NCBI RefSeq assembly: GCF_046119375.1
Contig: NW_027362768.1
Span: 89,900,001 to 89,964,000 of the forward strand
Source: Phyllobates terribilis
Taxonomy: Eukaryota
Length of the DNA stretch: 64,000 nucleotides
Direction: 5' to 3'
How positions within the stretch are numbered: position 1 is the first letter of the stretch; each line of letters starts with the position of its first letter. The notes under the pieces are model-generated. The model saw only the letters and a list, made by a program, of their open reading frames with translations. It did no database searches and was not told the DNA's origin. The position numbers and the translations under genes are program-made. Positions 48,461 through 60,784 of this stretch are shown here, piece by piece.

Positions 48461-49276
48461 TGTAACGGGTCTGGGAGGTGGAACCTCTGAGCTGCAATAC
48501 AAAGGGGAAGTCCTTGTAAGGAAGCGGGTGACTCCCAGGGAAGGCAAGCAGGTAGTCACAGCAAGGGACGGGGACAGTCTCTGGGAAAGCAGGCAGGTGG
48601 TCACGGCAAGTGATGGGGACAGTCTCTGGGTAGACAGGCAGGTGGTCACGGCAAGTGACGGGGACAGTCTCTGGTAGACAGGCAGGTACCTTCAACCCAG
48701 CGGGCAGATCGACACGGCAGCTACTGGCAGGTGCTTCCGGGTAAGCAGGTGGATAGCCGCGGCAGGTGCTGGCGGGCACTTCCGGATAAGCAGGTAGATA
48801 AACTCAGCGGGTGCAGGCAGGTGCTTCCAGGTAAGCAGGAAGATAGACTCAGCGGGTGCTGGCAGGTGCTTCCAGGTAGCAGACAGGTGACAGGCAGGAA
48901 TCAGGCTGGACTAGTCAGGCTAGCGGAGGGACCTGAGGGCTGAAGCAGAGGTGAAGACACAGTGCAACAACTGTTGCTCGGGCACCTCCATTTTGGAGGA
49001 GGTGCCTTAAATGTGGGAAGTCCTCTGGCCATTGGCCGGGGACTTTTTAGGAAGATGCACGCAGTCCCTTTAAGAGGGGGGGAGTGCGCGCGCGTCCTAA
49101 GCACTCTGCTGGAGGAGGGACGTGCGCCGGCCACAGCAGGGAACGGAGCGCAGGGAGAAGCCGCGCCAGGAGCCGGGGGGCGAGAGAGAGAAGCGCTGGA
49201 GGGATCCACGTGAGGAGCGCGGAGGTGAGAGGGACGGAGTCCCTGCCTAGCAGAGGGCAGGGACGCTGATGCTACA
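48461..49276 (-). repeat. 3' LTR (816 bp)
   Basis: TGTAACGGG...GATGCTACA; direct repeat of 53468-54280. Confidence 0.95.
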
Positions 49277-49307
49277 GTACCCCCCCCTTTATGCCCCCTC
49301 TTCTTTA
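49277..49307 (-). promoter_or_regulatory. Polypurine tract
   Basis: Minus strand AAAGAAGAGGGGGCATAAAGGGGGGGTAC immediately before the 3' LTR. Confidence 0.85.
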
Positions 49308-49329
49308 GGCCAGAAAGAAATTTATCAAG

Positions 49330-50786
49330 AAGGAGCGGGGCATGGATGTTCTCCCGGGGCTCCCACATTCTCTCCTCAGGACCAAACCCCTTCCAATCCA
49401 CTAGAAAAAAGGTCTTTCCTCTTACCCTCTTGGTGGCCAGAATGCTCTCTACCTCAAACTTGTTTTCAGCGGAAACCGGAGCAGGAGGCGTACCTGTAGA
49501 CTGGGAAAAGAGTTAAGTACCATGGGTTTGAGGAGAGATACATGGAAGGAGTTGGGGATCCGCAAGTTGGCCGGGAGTTTCAATTTATAGGCCACCGGGT
49601 TGATTTGCTTGATAACTTCCAGTGGGCCGATGAACCGGGTCCCTAACTTGTAGGAAGGAATCTTGAGCCGGACATATTTGGACGAGAGCCAGACCTTATC
49701 TCCAGGACGGAATTGGGGCGGATCCAGACGTCTCTTGTCAGCCTGTCTCTTCATCCACTCGGAGGACTGAAGAAGTGCGGATCTGGTACTCTCCCAAATG
49801 GTGGAGAATTCGCTAACAAGAGATTCCGTGGCCGGGTTGTCCACCGAGGCGGAGATGGGAAACGGGATCCGGGGATGTTGGCCGTAAACTGAAAAAAACG
49901 GGGATTTGGAAGATGATTCGCTCTCATGATTATTGTAGGAGAATTCGGCCCACGGTAAAAGATCCACCCAATTGGAATGGTGGGCAGTAACAAAGTGCCA
50001 GAGGTAACTGGTTAAGATTTGGTTGATCCGCTCTACTTGACCATTGGACTGTGGGTGATAAGCAGAAGAGAAGTCCAAGGTGACCCCCAGCAGTTTACAT
50101 GTGGCTCTCCAGAAGCGACAGGTGAACTGAACCCCTCGATCGGACACGATGTGGAGAGGAAGACTATGGAGACGGAAAATATGATGAATAAAGTCCTTAG
50201 CCAACTCAGATGCAGACGGAAGACCCGGCAGGGGAATGAAGTGAGCCATTTTAGAGAAGCGATCAGCGACCACCCAAATGACCGTACAACCAGCAGAGAC
50301 AGGGAGATCCGTTATAAAGTCCATGGCTATATGCTGCCACGGGGCAGCAGGTACGGGAAGAGGCAGAAGGCGGACGGCTGGCAGATGTCTAGGAACCTTG
50401 TTACGGGCGCAGGACGCACAGGCTGAGACAAAGTCTATTACCTCCTTGCGCAGGGTAGGCCACCAGTAATGCCAGGCAATAAGCTGGAGGGTCTTCTTTT
50501 GGCCAGCATGGCCAGCTAGCTTAGACGAATGTCCCCAGTGCAGAACCTTCTCACGATCAGGTACTGTCACGAACGTCTTACCGGGTGGAAGACGATTCAG
50601 ATCCAAGGGAGCCACCTGCATTACCTTGGCGGGGTCGATGATGTGCTTAGGCTCCTCCTCTAGATCGGAGAACAGAAAGGATCGGGACAAGGCATCGACT
50701 TTGATATTCTTGTCTGCCGGGCGGAAATGAAGAATGAAATCAAAGCGGGCGAAGAACAAGGACCACCGGGTTAAGTCTTTGGGCAC
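49330..50786 (-). pseudogene. Gypsy integrase with C-terminal chromodomain
   Basis: HSSKLAGH..CASC (HHCC); IAMDF, VSDRG and QVER (DDE); RFIGPL (GPY/F). After a frameshift: FEVESILA...FLVDWKGFGPEERMWEP. Confidence 0.9.
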
Positions 50787-52455
50787 TCTGGAGGTAAGCC
50801 AAGTTTTTGTGGTCCGTATAAATTATTACCGGGTGAAGAGCCCCCTCGAGCAGGTAACGCCACTCCTCCAGTGCCAATTTAACGGCTAACAATTCTTGGT
50901 CTCCTATAGAATAATTGCGCTCAGACGAGGAGAAGAGCTTGGAGAAGAAGCCACAGGTTACCATTCTCCCGGATGGCGACTTTTGGGTGAGCACCGCTCC
51001 GGCTCCGGAGGAGGAAGCATCTACTTCTAAGAAGAATTGTTTTTTGTAGTCCGGACGGTGCAGCACAGAAGCGGAGGAGAAAGCTTGTTTCAAAGAAAGA
51101 AAGGCCTCTTCAGCCTCGGGCGGCCATTCTTTGGGACTAGCGCCCTTACGGGTGAGCGCAGAGATAGGGGCAGTCCGGGAAGAGAAGTGCGGAATGAAGA
51201 GGCGGTAGTAATTGGCGAAGCCCAGGAACCGCTGAATAGCCTTCAACCCCTCCGGTCGGGGCCACTTCAGGATGGCAGAAAGTTTCTCAGGATCCATTTG
51301 TAGGCCGGTCTGGGAGATGACGTAGCCCAGAAATGGAAGCGAGGTCTGCTCAAAGAGGCACTTCTCAAATTTTGCGTAGAGGTGGTTCTGCCTGAGCCTG
51401 AGCAGGACCTGACGAACGTCCCTCCGGTGTGTGGGAAGATCCGGAGAGAAGATCAAGATGTCATCCAGGTACACCACCACGCAGGAGTAGAGAAGGTCAC
51501 GGAAGATGTCATTGACCAACTCTTGAAAGACGGCGGGAGCATTACAGAGGCTGAAGGGCATTACGAGGTATTCATAGTGGCCATCCCGGGTGTTGAATGC
51601 CGTCTTCCATTCATCCCCCTGACAGATACGGACCAGGTTATACGCCCCACGGAGATCCAGAATGGTGAAGATTCTGGCACCCCTCAGACGGTCAAATAAT
51701 TCAGGAATGAGCGGAAGGGGGTATTTATTCTTCACCGTGATCTGGTTAAGACCTCTATAGTCTATACAGGGACGGAGTGAGCCATCCTTCTTTTTAACGA
51801 AGAAGAAGCCTGCTCCCGCCGGGGAGGTAGATTTCCGGATAAATCCCCGGGCCAGATTTTCCTCGATATATTCAGATATAGCCCGGGTCTCGGCTGCGGA
51901 CAACGGGTAAATACGCCCACGGGGTGGAGTAGCGCCGGGTACCAGGTCGATTGGGCAATCGTATGGTCTATGGGGGGGTAATGTCTCTGCTTCTTTCTTG
52001 CTGAAAACATCAGCATAAGACCAATAAGGAACCGGTAGGCCGGGTAGATTGGCTGGAGTAGGAGAAGGACGAGCAGGACCTAAACAAGTCTTATGACAGT
52101 CCTGCCCCCAGCGAAGGACTTCTCCGTTCTGCCAATTCAGCACGGGTGCATGTTTCTGGAGCCAAGGAAGGCCTAACAAAAGGGCGTGAGAGAGTCCAGG
52201 TAGAACATGGAAGAAGATTCTCTCAGAGTGCAGCATTCCCACCTGCAGAGTTATGGGTTCGGTGATGAGTTGGATGGTTAGCGGTAAGAGCCCTCTATCC
52301 ACGGAGGCAACAGATAAGGGTTCAGCCAAAGGTTTAGTGGGAATGCGGTATTTCTCTACCAGGGTCTGGGAAATGAGGTTTCCGGCAGCTCCAGAATCGA
52401 GTTGAGCTAGTTCAAGGTAGCGGTTCTCCCCACAGATGATAGAGACCAACAGCAT
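50740..52455 (-). pseudogene. Gypsy pol (protease, RT, RNase H), 571 aa open stretch
   Basis: LDSGA (protease); LRPCIDYR, LDLRGAY and YLDDILIFS (RT); EVDASS and YTDHKNL (RNase H). Confidence 0.94.
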
Positions 52456-52505
52456 CAGAGATGGAGGGGGTTTACTCTTGTCTAGGACGACCTCTCCGAG
52501 CGATC

Positions 52506-53440
52506 CTAGTCACTGGCGTTTCCCGGCCTCTCCGGGCAGGAACGGATCCGGTGCTCCTTACTGCCACAGTAGAAACAGCTCCCCTCGGCACGGCGTGACT
52601 CTTGACGGGTTTTGACCATCTTGGTCTGGTCGACCTGCATGGGCTCTGGCGAGTGCGCCCGGGGAGTTACAGAGGAAGAGACGAGTCTCTGGAAAGTGGG
52701 AGCAAGGCGGGGAAACCTCCTCACGGGTGACCTCTTTGGTACGCTCCTGGAACCGGATGTCAATCCGGGTGGCAAGTGTTACTAAGTCATCCAGGGAGGT
52801 TGGAATGTCCCGACCGGCGAGTTCATCTTTAATCCGGCCAGATAGGCCTTCCCAGAAGACGGACACCAGGGCCTCGTTATCCCAGGCAAGCTCGGAAGCA
52901 AGGGTACGGAACCGTATGGCATATTGGCCCACGGTGAGACTCCCTTGGCGGAGGCGTAGCAGAGAGGAGGCGGATGAGGTCTTTCGTCCTGGTTCGTCGA
53001 AGACTTTCCTGAAAGCCGTGAGAAAGGCTGGCAGGTTGGACACCAGGGGGTCTCCTCTCTCCCATAGGGCATTTTTCCAAGCCAGTGCCTCCCCAGTGAG
53101 ATGGGACATGATGAAGGCCACTTTGGCCCGATCGGTGGTGAATTGGTGTGCCAAAAGTTCGAAGTGCAGGGTGCACTGGTTAATGAAGCCTCCTGCCAGA
53201 CCGGGGTCTCCACCAAAACGAGGCGTGGCGGATAGGCGGGTACCTGGAAGGGATGCCATGGCATTGATGGGCAGCGACGCTGCCGGGGTAGGAGTCGTGT
53301 GACTGGAAGCTGGTCCCGATGAGGCAGTCATTGTGTCCAGGCGGGAGTTAACATTACGCAGGTGGCTCAGGATGGACTCCTGTTGGGACCTCTGACGGGA
53401 AAGTTCATGGCATAGGTCCGAGAGCGAGGGAGCTTGGGTG
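52506..53440 (-). pseudogene. Gypsy gag (sushi/PEG10-RTL-like capsid plus CCHC knuckle), frameshifted
   Basis: AKVAFIMSHLTGEALAW, LRQGSLTVGQYAIRFRTLA, WEGLSGRIKDEL; CFYCGSKEHRIRSC in the second frame. Confidence 0.9.
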
Positions 53441-53467
53441 CCACCGGGTTCCAGGGCCCGAGCAAAC

Positions 53468-54280
53468 TGTAACGGGTCCGGGAGGTGGAACCTCTGAGCT
53501 GCAATACAAAGGGGAAGTCCTTGTAAGGAAGCGGGTGACTCCCAGGGAAGGCAAGCAGGTAGTCACAGCAAGTGACGGGGACAGTCTCTGGGTAAGCAGG
53601 CAGGTGGTCACGGCAAGTGACGGGGACAGTCTCTGGGTAGACAGGCAGGTGGTCACGGCAAGTGACGGGGACAGTCTCTGGGTAGACGGCAGGTACTTTC
53701 AACCCAGCGGGCAGATCGACACGGCAGGTGCTTCCGGGTAAGCAGGTGGATATCCGCGGCAGGTGCTGGCGGGCGCTTCCGGATAAGCAGGTAGATAAAC
53801 TCAGCGGGTGCAGGCAGGTGCTTCCAGGTAAGCAGGAAAATAGACTCAGCGGGTGCTGGCAGGTGCTTCCAGGTAGCAGACAGGTGACAGGCAGGAATCA
53901 GGCTGGACTAGTCAGGCTAGCGGAGGGACCTGAGGGCTGAAGCAGAGGTGAAGACACAGTGCGACAACTGTTGCTCGGGCACCTCCATTTTGGAGGAGGT
54001 GCCTTAAATGTGGGAAGTCCTCTGGCCATTGGCCGGGGACTTTTTAGGAAGATGCGCGCAGTCCCTTTAAGTGGGGGGGGGAGTGCGCGCGCGCACGCGT
54101 CCTAAGCACTCTGCTGGAGGAGGGACGCGCGCCGGCCACAGCAGGGAACAGAGCGCAGGGAGAAGCCGCGCCAGGAGCCGGGGGCGAGAGAGAGAAGCGC
54201 TGGAGGGACCCACGTGAGGAGCGCGGAGGTGAGAGGGACGGCGTCCCTGCCTAACAGAGGGCAGGGACGCCGATGCTACA
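53468..54280 (-). repeat. 5' LTR (813 bp)
   Basis: TG...CA termini; a few percent different from the 3' LTR by eye, with a 10-bp indel. Confidence 0.95.
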
Positions 54281-56634
54281 GTAATGACTCTATATAATAT
54301 ATGAGTTTCACTTTTTGTTTTGAAGAACTGAAATAAATTAAGTTTTTGATGATATTCTAATTTAGTGAGATGCACCTGTATGTCTAGCAGAAAACAGAGA
54401 TCACTTTCAGCATCACATGTATTGCAATCAATAACACTTACGTCAAGGCATGTAGCATATTTTTTGGGTTCAGGTTGATTAATCCTAATGGAAGTTACAA
54501 CAAAATATTGGGGGCCTCTTTTGAGTGACTCTCCCTGTACTTTTCTGCACTGTTATGACCCCTGAGAATACCTTTTAATCGTAATGCACTGAGATTACTG
54601 CGGGGGGCACATCCAAGGAGTCCAGGCTACATTATTACTCCAACCACCCCCACTAACAGCTAGGACTACTGGACATCTGTGCCTGTCTCCGCTGCCACCC
54701 CCCTCCATGTGACATATAACATGTCTTTGTAGTATGCTAAAAATCAAATAACCCCTATTTAATAAAGCAACGATCCCAATAATGGCTATAATATTGTGGG
54801 AACTTCACATTCTTCTTGGTTTTACACGCTTACATGATCTTATTTTACAATTAAGGGAAAGTAATGCTTTCATTGAGGACAGTGAAGTTCCATGTGAAAG
54901 AAATACTAGAACAAGAAGCGTTTTGTCTCCGTTTCCCGCAGTCTCATAGTGACTCCAGGATGCCATTTACATTCAGACACTGTGCTTCTGACTTGCTTTT
55001 GGCTATTTCTCCAACCATTTCTCCATGTAAGTATTTTATATACATTTTATTTGGTGTATTTATGTCACTTGGGAGGAATTTTCCAATATATTAGGACTAT
55101 TTCTCATTCAGAGAATTTTTTTTTGCATATGTATGAATGGGTAGCATTTATAGGTGTTCTTAATATACATATAACAAAAATCTGATATCACATAATATGG
55201 CTGTAAGTAGATTATTAGTAGTGTTATAAATTGTTACATGCACTTCTGGGTATAATAGTATGGGGGGAATACTGATTTTTAAGTTGTTTGAAATTATTTT
55301 TAGGAAATCCATTTTGTATAATAAACATGTAATGGATGTGGGGAACTTTGATTTCTAGAAATTATACTGTGATATATTGAGCTATGGCATTGGGTATTGT
55401 TGGAGTTTATTTCATCCATATATTATGAGTTAATGTAAATTAATCTCATATTAATCATGGGAGTGTGATAGTGCCGTCTACTATGCATCAATAGCGAAAT
55501 CTGTCCGTTCATGCCCATAGACGAGGAGGCTCTTCTTTAGGATTTGGCTGAAATTAAAAATAAATTCATCAAATACTTCTGTTTAATATTGATTTTTCTC
55601 CCAAAAAAACCCATAATGATATTATAGACAGCTAAGAGGGTGAAGCAGAGTTTATTTTAAGTGTTTATTTAAAATAATCTGATATCATAAGTCTATAACT
55701 TACAGAAATCTATAATTGTATATGTTGTTTGGTTTGCATAATAATAGTGTTGAATAATTCGGATATATTTTGGGCATGCTATTCTCCAGGTAGACATGTC
55801 TGTAGCTCGCATTAAAACTGCCCTCTGTAACGCTATAGCATGCGAGTATGAAATATATGAAATTGGAATTGCATTACTGCTCTAGAAAATAGGAAAAAAC
55901 GAAGGTACTTAGCACATGAATTTGCCAATTCATGTGTGCCCAGCAGCCACGACAAGGCTATCCTACAACAGTAATGTTATTTACATGCACTAGTTCCGGT
56001 CCATAAATCGGACCAGAATAGTACATACTGTGATTTTTCTTTATGCAAACCGTTGGTCTGTGTCAAAAATCGGGAATGAGCACTGGCATACCTGTCAGGA
56101 TTCCAGTTGTCCTTCTACAGTTTGACCACTAGTGGCTGCTATTGTTCACTTTAATAATTGTGCTGCAATCCCACTCCTTACCACTGGAGGCTGCTGTTGT
56201 GTTTTGCAATTGTCCTTTACTACGATGGCAGATTCTGAACCTGTGGGATCCATCTTGTTTCCTGTTTGGGCCTACTTAAAGCCGCATGGATCTCTCACTC
56301 ATTGCTTGAGTATTGTATCTAGCTGTTAGCCTAGTTTCCAGTCTCCAAGCTCCTGAACATTCTTACTTAGATTGTTCTCACCTATCTATGGATTGTTTCC
56401 TGCATCTCCTTTTGCTAACTACAAGAAATTCTATTACCACTTTTTGTTCCTGCTCGTGCTCCTTCGGCCACTGGTTTCCAGCAGTACTACGCCAGTATCG
56501 TAACACCACTATGCATCCACAGGAGCAAATCTAGGTGTTCATCATAGCACATATCCCAACAATGCAATTACAAGTTCAGTCCGCTCCAGCTGGCAGAGCA
56601 ATCAACTGATTCAATAAATTAACCTGTGCAGGGT

Positions 56635-57080
56635 TTAAGGGAACCTGTCATGTTAAATAACGCTATTAACCTGCAGATATGGAGTTAATCTGCAGGTGAA
56701 TAGCGTTCTGACACCGTGCGGTGCCTGTACTGAGAGCCCCTCTGCCGGGAGGAAATCATCTTTATTCCTTCCAGCAGCGTTTGTCTTCCAGTCATAAGGG
56801 TGGCATTGGTATAATTTCAGTCACCGCTCTGTGTATAGAGAATGGCAGCTATACCCGCCTTCCCTTGGCACTGACTAACAGCCGACTCTAATGCTGAGCC
56901 TGCTGTCAGTCAGTGCCGGGGGCGCAGTTACAGCTGTCGCTCTCTCTACTTAGACCGGTGACTGAAACCGTGCCAGCGCCACCCCTATAGCTGAATGCCG
57001 AACGCTGCCAGGTCATTATTGTGTCGCCAGACTGCGGCAGCCCCTCAGTATTATGTTACAGTGGACAGAATAGTAATGGC
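56635..57080. mobile_element. T2/Kolobok-like MITE, left part
   Basis: TTAA-GGGAACCTGTCA start and subterminal palindrome AACGCTATTAACCTGCAGAT...ATCTGCAGGTGAATAGCGTT; a related segment lies at about 59800-60080. Confidence 0.55.
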
Positions 57081-60080
57081 TGCAGGAATCAGTGGCCTAG
57101 TGACACACCAATGTCACGTGATCTGTTCAAAATCTCAGCGGCTATGTTGACAGAAAAATGTAAAAACGATGGCTCTTGGAAGAAGGGGAGGAAAAAATGG
57201 CACATTGCTCCGCCATGAAGGAGTTAGAGAGTTAAGCAGATCTATACGTCTCCATGGCAACAGACTATAAAAACTAGCCTTGTGTAGTCTGATTCTACAC
57301 CATCGTGCTTCCTTCAATCTTCCTACTAACCTACAATGCGCAAGAAGATGGCAGACAGAAAAGGATGTATAGTGCAAGATCAGAGTTTCTTGTCTGTCAC
57401 CATGGAGGCCGATAGGTCTCCATAAAACCTGTTGGACTAATCTGATAGGAAATACTTGACAAAGTTGTTTTGCAAAGTTTCTTTACTTTTCATCTTATGA
57501 GCATTGGGATGATAAGAATTGTGATTGTATTAGTGGCCTTTTAACAAAATCAGGTCTCCTCCACTGTTTTTTCAGCATTTTTAAAAGCTAAACAAAAATG
57601 TTTCTATGTTGCTTATAGCAACCAATGATAGAGCAGCTTTCATTTTACTACAGCAGTTTAAGAAATTAAACCAGAGCTGTGATTAGTTGCTTTGGGCTAC
57701 AAGCCGGTTTTCTTTTAATCAGTTTTGTTAAAGGAGGCTTTATATTAAGTGTTTTCTACGGCATTTTCGGCAAGTATTTTTCAGTCATTTTTGAAGGGAA
57801 AAAATAGCAGTAGAAATCAACACCCAGATTTAAAGACAAATGAATCAATTAAATAACACATTTTTAACAATTTGTTGAATTTGGCGAATTTGAACAATTT
57901 GCATTTCATTTCGCACTAATCACCTAAAATAGCTCCCATTATTTTACATATTGCAGAAGTTTACATCAGCCAGAGAAGGATCACATGACCTAGGGCGGGC
58001 TTCCCCATAATGCCTTGCATCTATCACATGGTATAGCACAACTAATCAGAAGAGACTATCATAGCCTGTATAAAAGCAGAGGCAGGGAATTCAGCAGACA
58101 CATTGTGATGAATCTCGACAGTAAGAGGACGTCACTGCTTAGCCATGGAGATAGGGCGATTGAGCTGTAAAACACTGTAGAAACTGTACAGATAGTGTGT
58201 GACAATGAAGAAGATTAGTGTGTGCGGAAAAGAAGAAAGTGCCATTCACATTTTTCAAAACATTTAGAGGTTTTGACATACTTTTGAATCCTGGTGAAAC
58301 GATTGGACGAAAATAAAATTTCCTGGGAATATTTGGTGGATCTAGCTATTTTGAAAAGATTAACTCATCTCTCCACAAAGTGCGTTAGTGCAAATTACTG
58401 CCCATTTAGATTTCTAAATATCTGTGTCTATATGTAGACTTTTTTTTAGAATTTTCTACAGGCAGCCCAGTGTCGGACTAGGGTGCCAAGGGCCCACCAG
58501 TAACCAACTCCAGGGCCCCACTTTTCAGCTACATGCAAATGTGACATTATCATCAATCACAAATGTATATAACAATGAACTGGGTAGATTGTTACATGAA
58601 TAAAATGCTGCCTTTGTCTGTACATAGTGAATCAAGTATATAGTGCCAAGTACTGTTCATATAAGAAGGTGGTGGCCCACCGGAGGATTCTCCTGTTCTC
58701 TTGTGGGCCAGTCCAACCAGAGGCCTCAAAGCTTTTGTCAAAAATTGAAGCCAATGAAAATGTGGTGAAAAACGTATCATACCACACGGTGTGAACACTT
58801 TTTGATGAGGAGCTTCACTTTAATAACACTGTAAATATAAATAAATTAACAATCTCATCTCTGTATTGTTCCCTCTGTAACTGTAATGTGATTTACCAGC
58901 TTTTAGGCTTTCAGAGATTGGAGATATATTGGAGAGATGAATCCTAGCCAAAAAGATATTGATGGTAAAGGGATATAATGTGCAAGCTGCTCCGCTAGCA
59001 GACGGGAAATCTTTCCTATCTCATCCAGCTTACATACACATGGAGGATCATTGTGGAGCACCGCACCTTCAGGAGGTTACCACTCAGGTATTTTAATGTT
59101 TTTATAGATTTGATACTATAAATGTATGTAAAATGCAAACACATTGCAAAATCCAGTTAGACGGCAATTTGCCTGGTCTTTCTGAAGTACAGTGATCCCT
59201 AGAGTAGACATGAATTTTGCAGCAGGAGACAGTCTCCAACATCCGCTGATGTCACGTTAAGTTGCGGCTGCAGCCGGGTGTGACTCAGTGACGCGCGCCC
59301 CGCTGATTGATGGTCTGTGGGCGGTGTTTCACTGCACCTCACAGCCCAGCATCCACCGCGCACTTTCCCTGTGAAGCCCCGCCCACAGCCCATCAGTGTT
59401 ACCCACTGTGTATAGAGGTGTTACCTTTAGTTGAAAAGTAATCTATACAGAACAGGAAGTGTGAGTCTAGTATAAGACCTTGTAACCAATGTGAAAACCC
59501 AACAATTATACATTTTTTTAAATGAATAGTGATGTGGAAAATAAAAAAAAATAATTAAATATTTTTGTAAAATAAATTTCTTGGAACCTTGATTTAAACA
59601 ATATGGCATTTTATGATTACACCGTCCCTTTAAAGTAAATCTGATAATGATATGAGGACTGCAGGTTTCAAACTATTTTGTACTGAGGACTCCTGTCCTT
59701 ACAGATGTCCCTGGCTTAAAATATTAGGTATATAGCTACCTTTAGGATCAGAAAGTTCTGCTCAATACATAGTGAGTAAAAGCTGTAACAATGCCCCGGC
59801 ACTGGCTGACAGCCGTCTGAGGCACTGGAAAGTCTGTTGTATCCATGCACCGGTCCTGAATAATATCTGTCTCTCCAGTGCAGCAGAGCTGAGCTAGTTG
59901 TCAGTCAGTGTCAGGATGTGGTTACTGCTGCTGCTCACTATGTATTGAGTGGTGACTGAAGACACGCCGGGCGTGCCTCTATGACTGAAAGCCATAGGCT
60001 GTTGGGAGGAATAAAGTTAATTTTCTCATGACAGCTGAGCTTTCAGTGCGGTGGCTTTAGAACACTATTAACCTGTAGAT

Positions 60081-60784
60081 TGTTACGTACCTGTCCCAGA
60101 TCTGGACTGTGCTCTCCTCACTCTCGTCCGATGAGCTCTGTTGTACTCCACGTTGGGCTTTGCAATTAGCCCGGTGTGCTCCAATATGTTGAACTTCCTA
60201 GACCTATGTAAGGCCTCCCAAGACACACACCTGGTCTTGATATTAAGACTTTTAGTTTGTCTGTGCACAGTTCCTGTCTGCAATCTCCAGGATGTCTCCT
60301 GCATACCTGTGGTTTCCAGTTCCTGAGTTACCTGTGTGTGGCTTTCAGTACCACTGCTTCCTGTCTGCGGTCTCCAGGACGTCTCCTGTCTGCTTCCAGC
60401 TTCCATGGTATTAAGACTTTCTAGTTAGTCAGCAGTTTTGTCTGCAACCTGTCTGCGATCCTCAGGCCGTCTCATGGCTATCTATGGCTTCCAGTTCCTC
60501 CGACCAGTCTGCGGTCTCCCGGACGTCTCTGACCTGTTTGCGGCTTCCAGTAACTCTTCTACCTGTCTCCAATCCCCCAGAAGTCTTCTGCCTGCCTGGG
60601 GCTTCCAGTAACTATGCTACCTGTCTGCCGTCTCCCGGACATCTCTGGTTTGCCTGCGGCTTCCAGCACCTCTGCAACTTGTCTGCGGTTTCAAAGATGT
60701 CTCTGGTCTGCCTGCAGCTTCCAGCAACTCTGCTACCTGTTTCCTGTGTGCAAAACCCACCTGCTGTACCTACGCCCGTAACCC
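60081..60784. mobile_element. Possible solo LTR
   Basis: Begins TGTTACG, ends near CGTAAC, has degenerate internal repeats (CTGTCTGCGGTCTCC), and interrupts a MITE palindrome. No TSD identified. Confidence 0.4.

Larger units (their letters stand above)
48461..54280 (-). mobile_element. Full-length chromodomain Ty3/Gypsy LTR retrotransposon (Tf1/sushi-like)
   Basis: Two TG...CA LTRs; 5-bp TSD ATAAT / GTAAT (1 mismatch); order gag-PR-RT-RNase H-IN-chromodomain; PPT adjacent to the 3' LTR. Confidence 0.96.
47417..54378 (-). mobile_element. Internally deleted DD34E Tc1 element hosting the Gypsy insertion
   Basis: TA TSDs at 47415-47416 and 54379-54380; TIR CAGGTGCATCTCACTAAATTAGAATATCATC; minus-strand QQD-x34-E in ORF 47804-48121. 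Confidence 0.9.

Noticed and set aside
50019-53302. Plus-strand ORFs of 88-191 aa opposite gag/pol
   Set aside because: Antisense shadows of GC-rich retroelement coding sequence; no independent motifs.
53440-53467. Canonical tRNA primer-binding site
   Set aside because: Does not begin with TGG; better explained by complementarity to the LTR.
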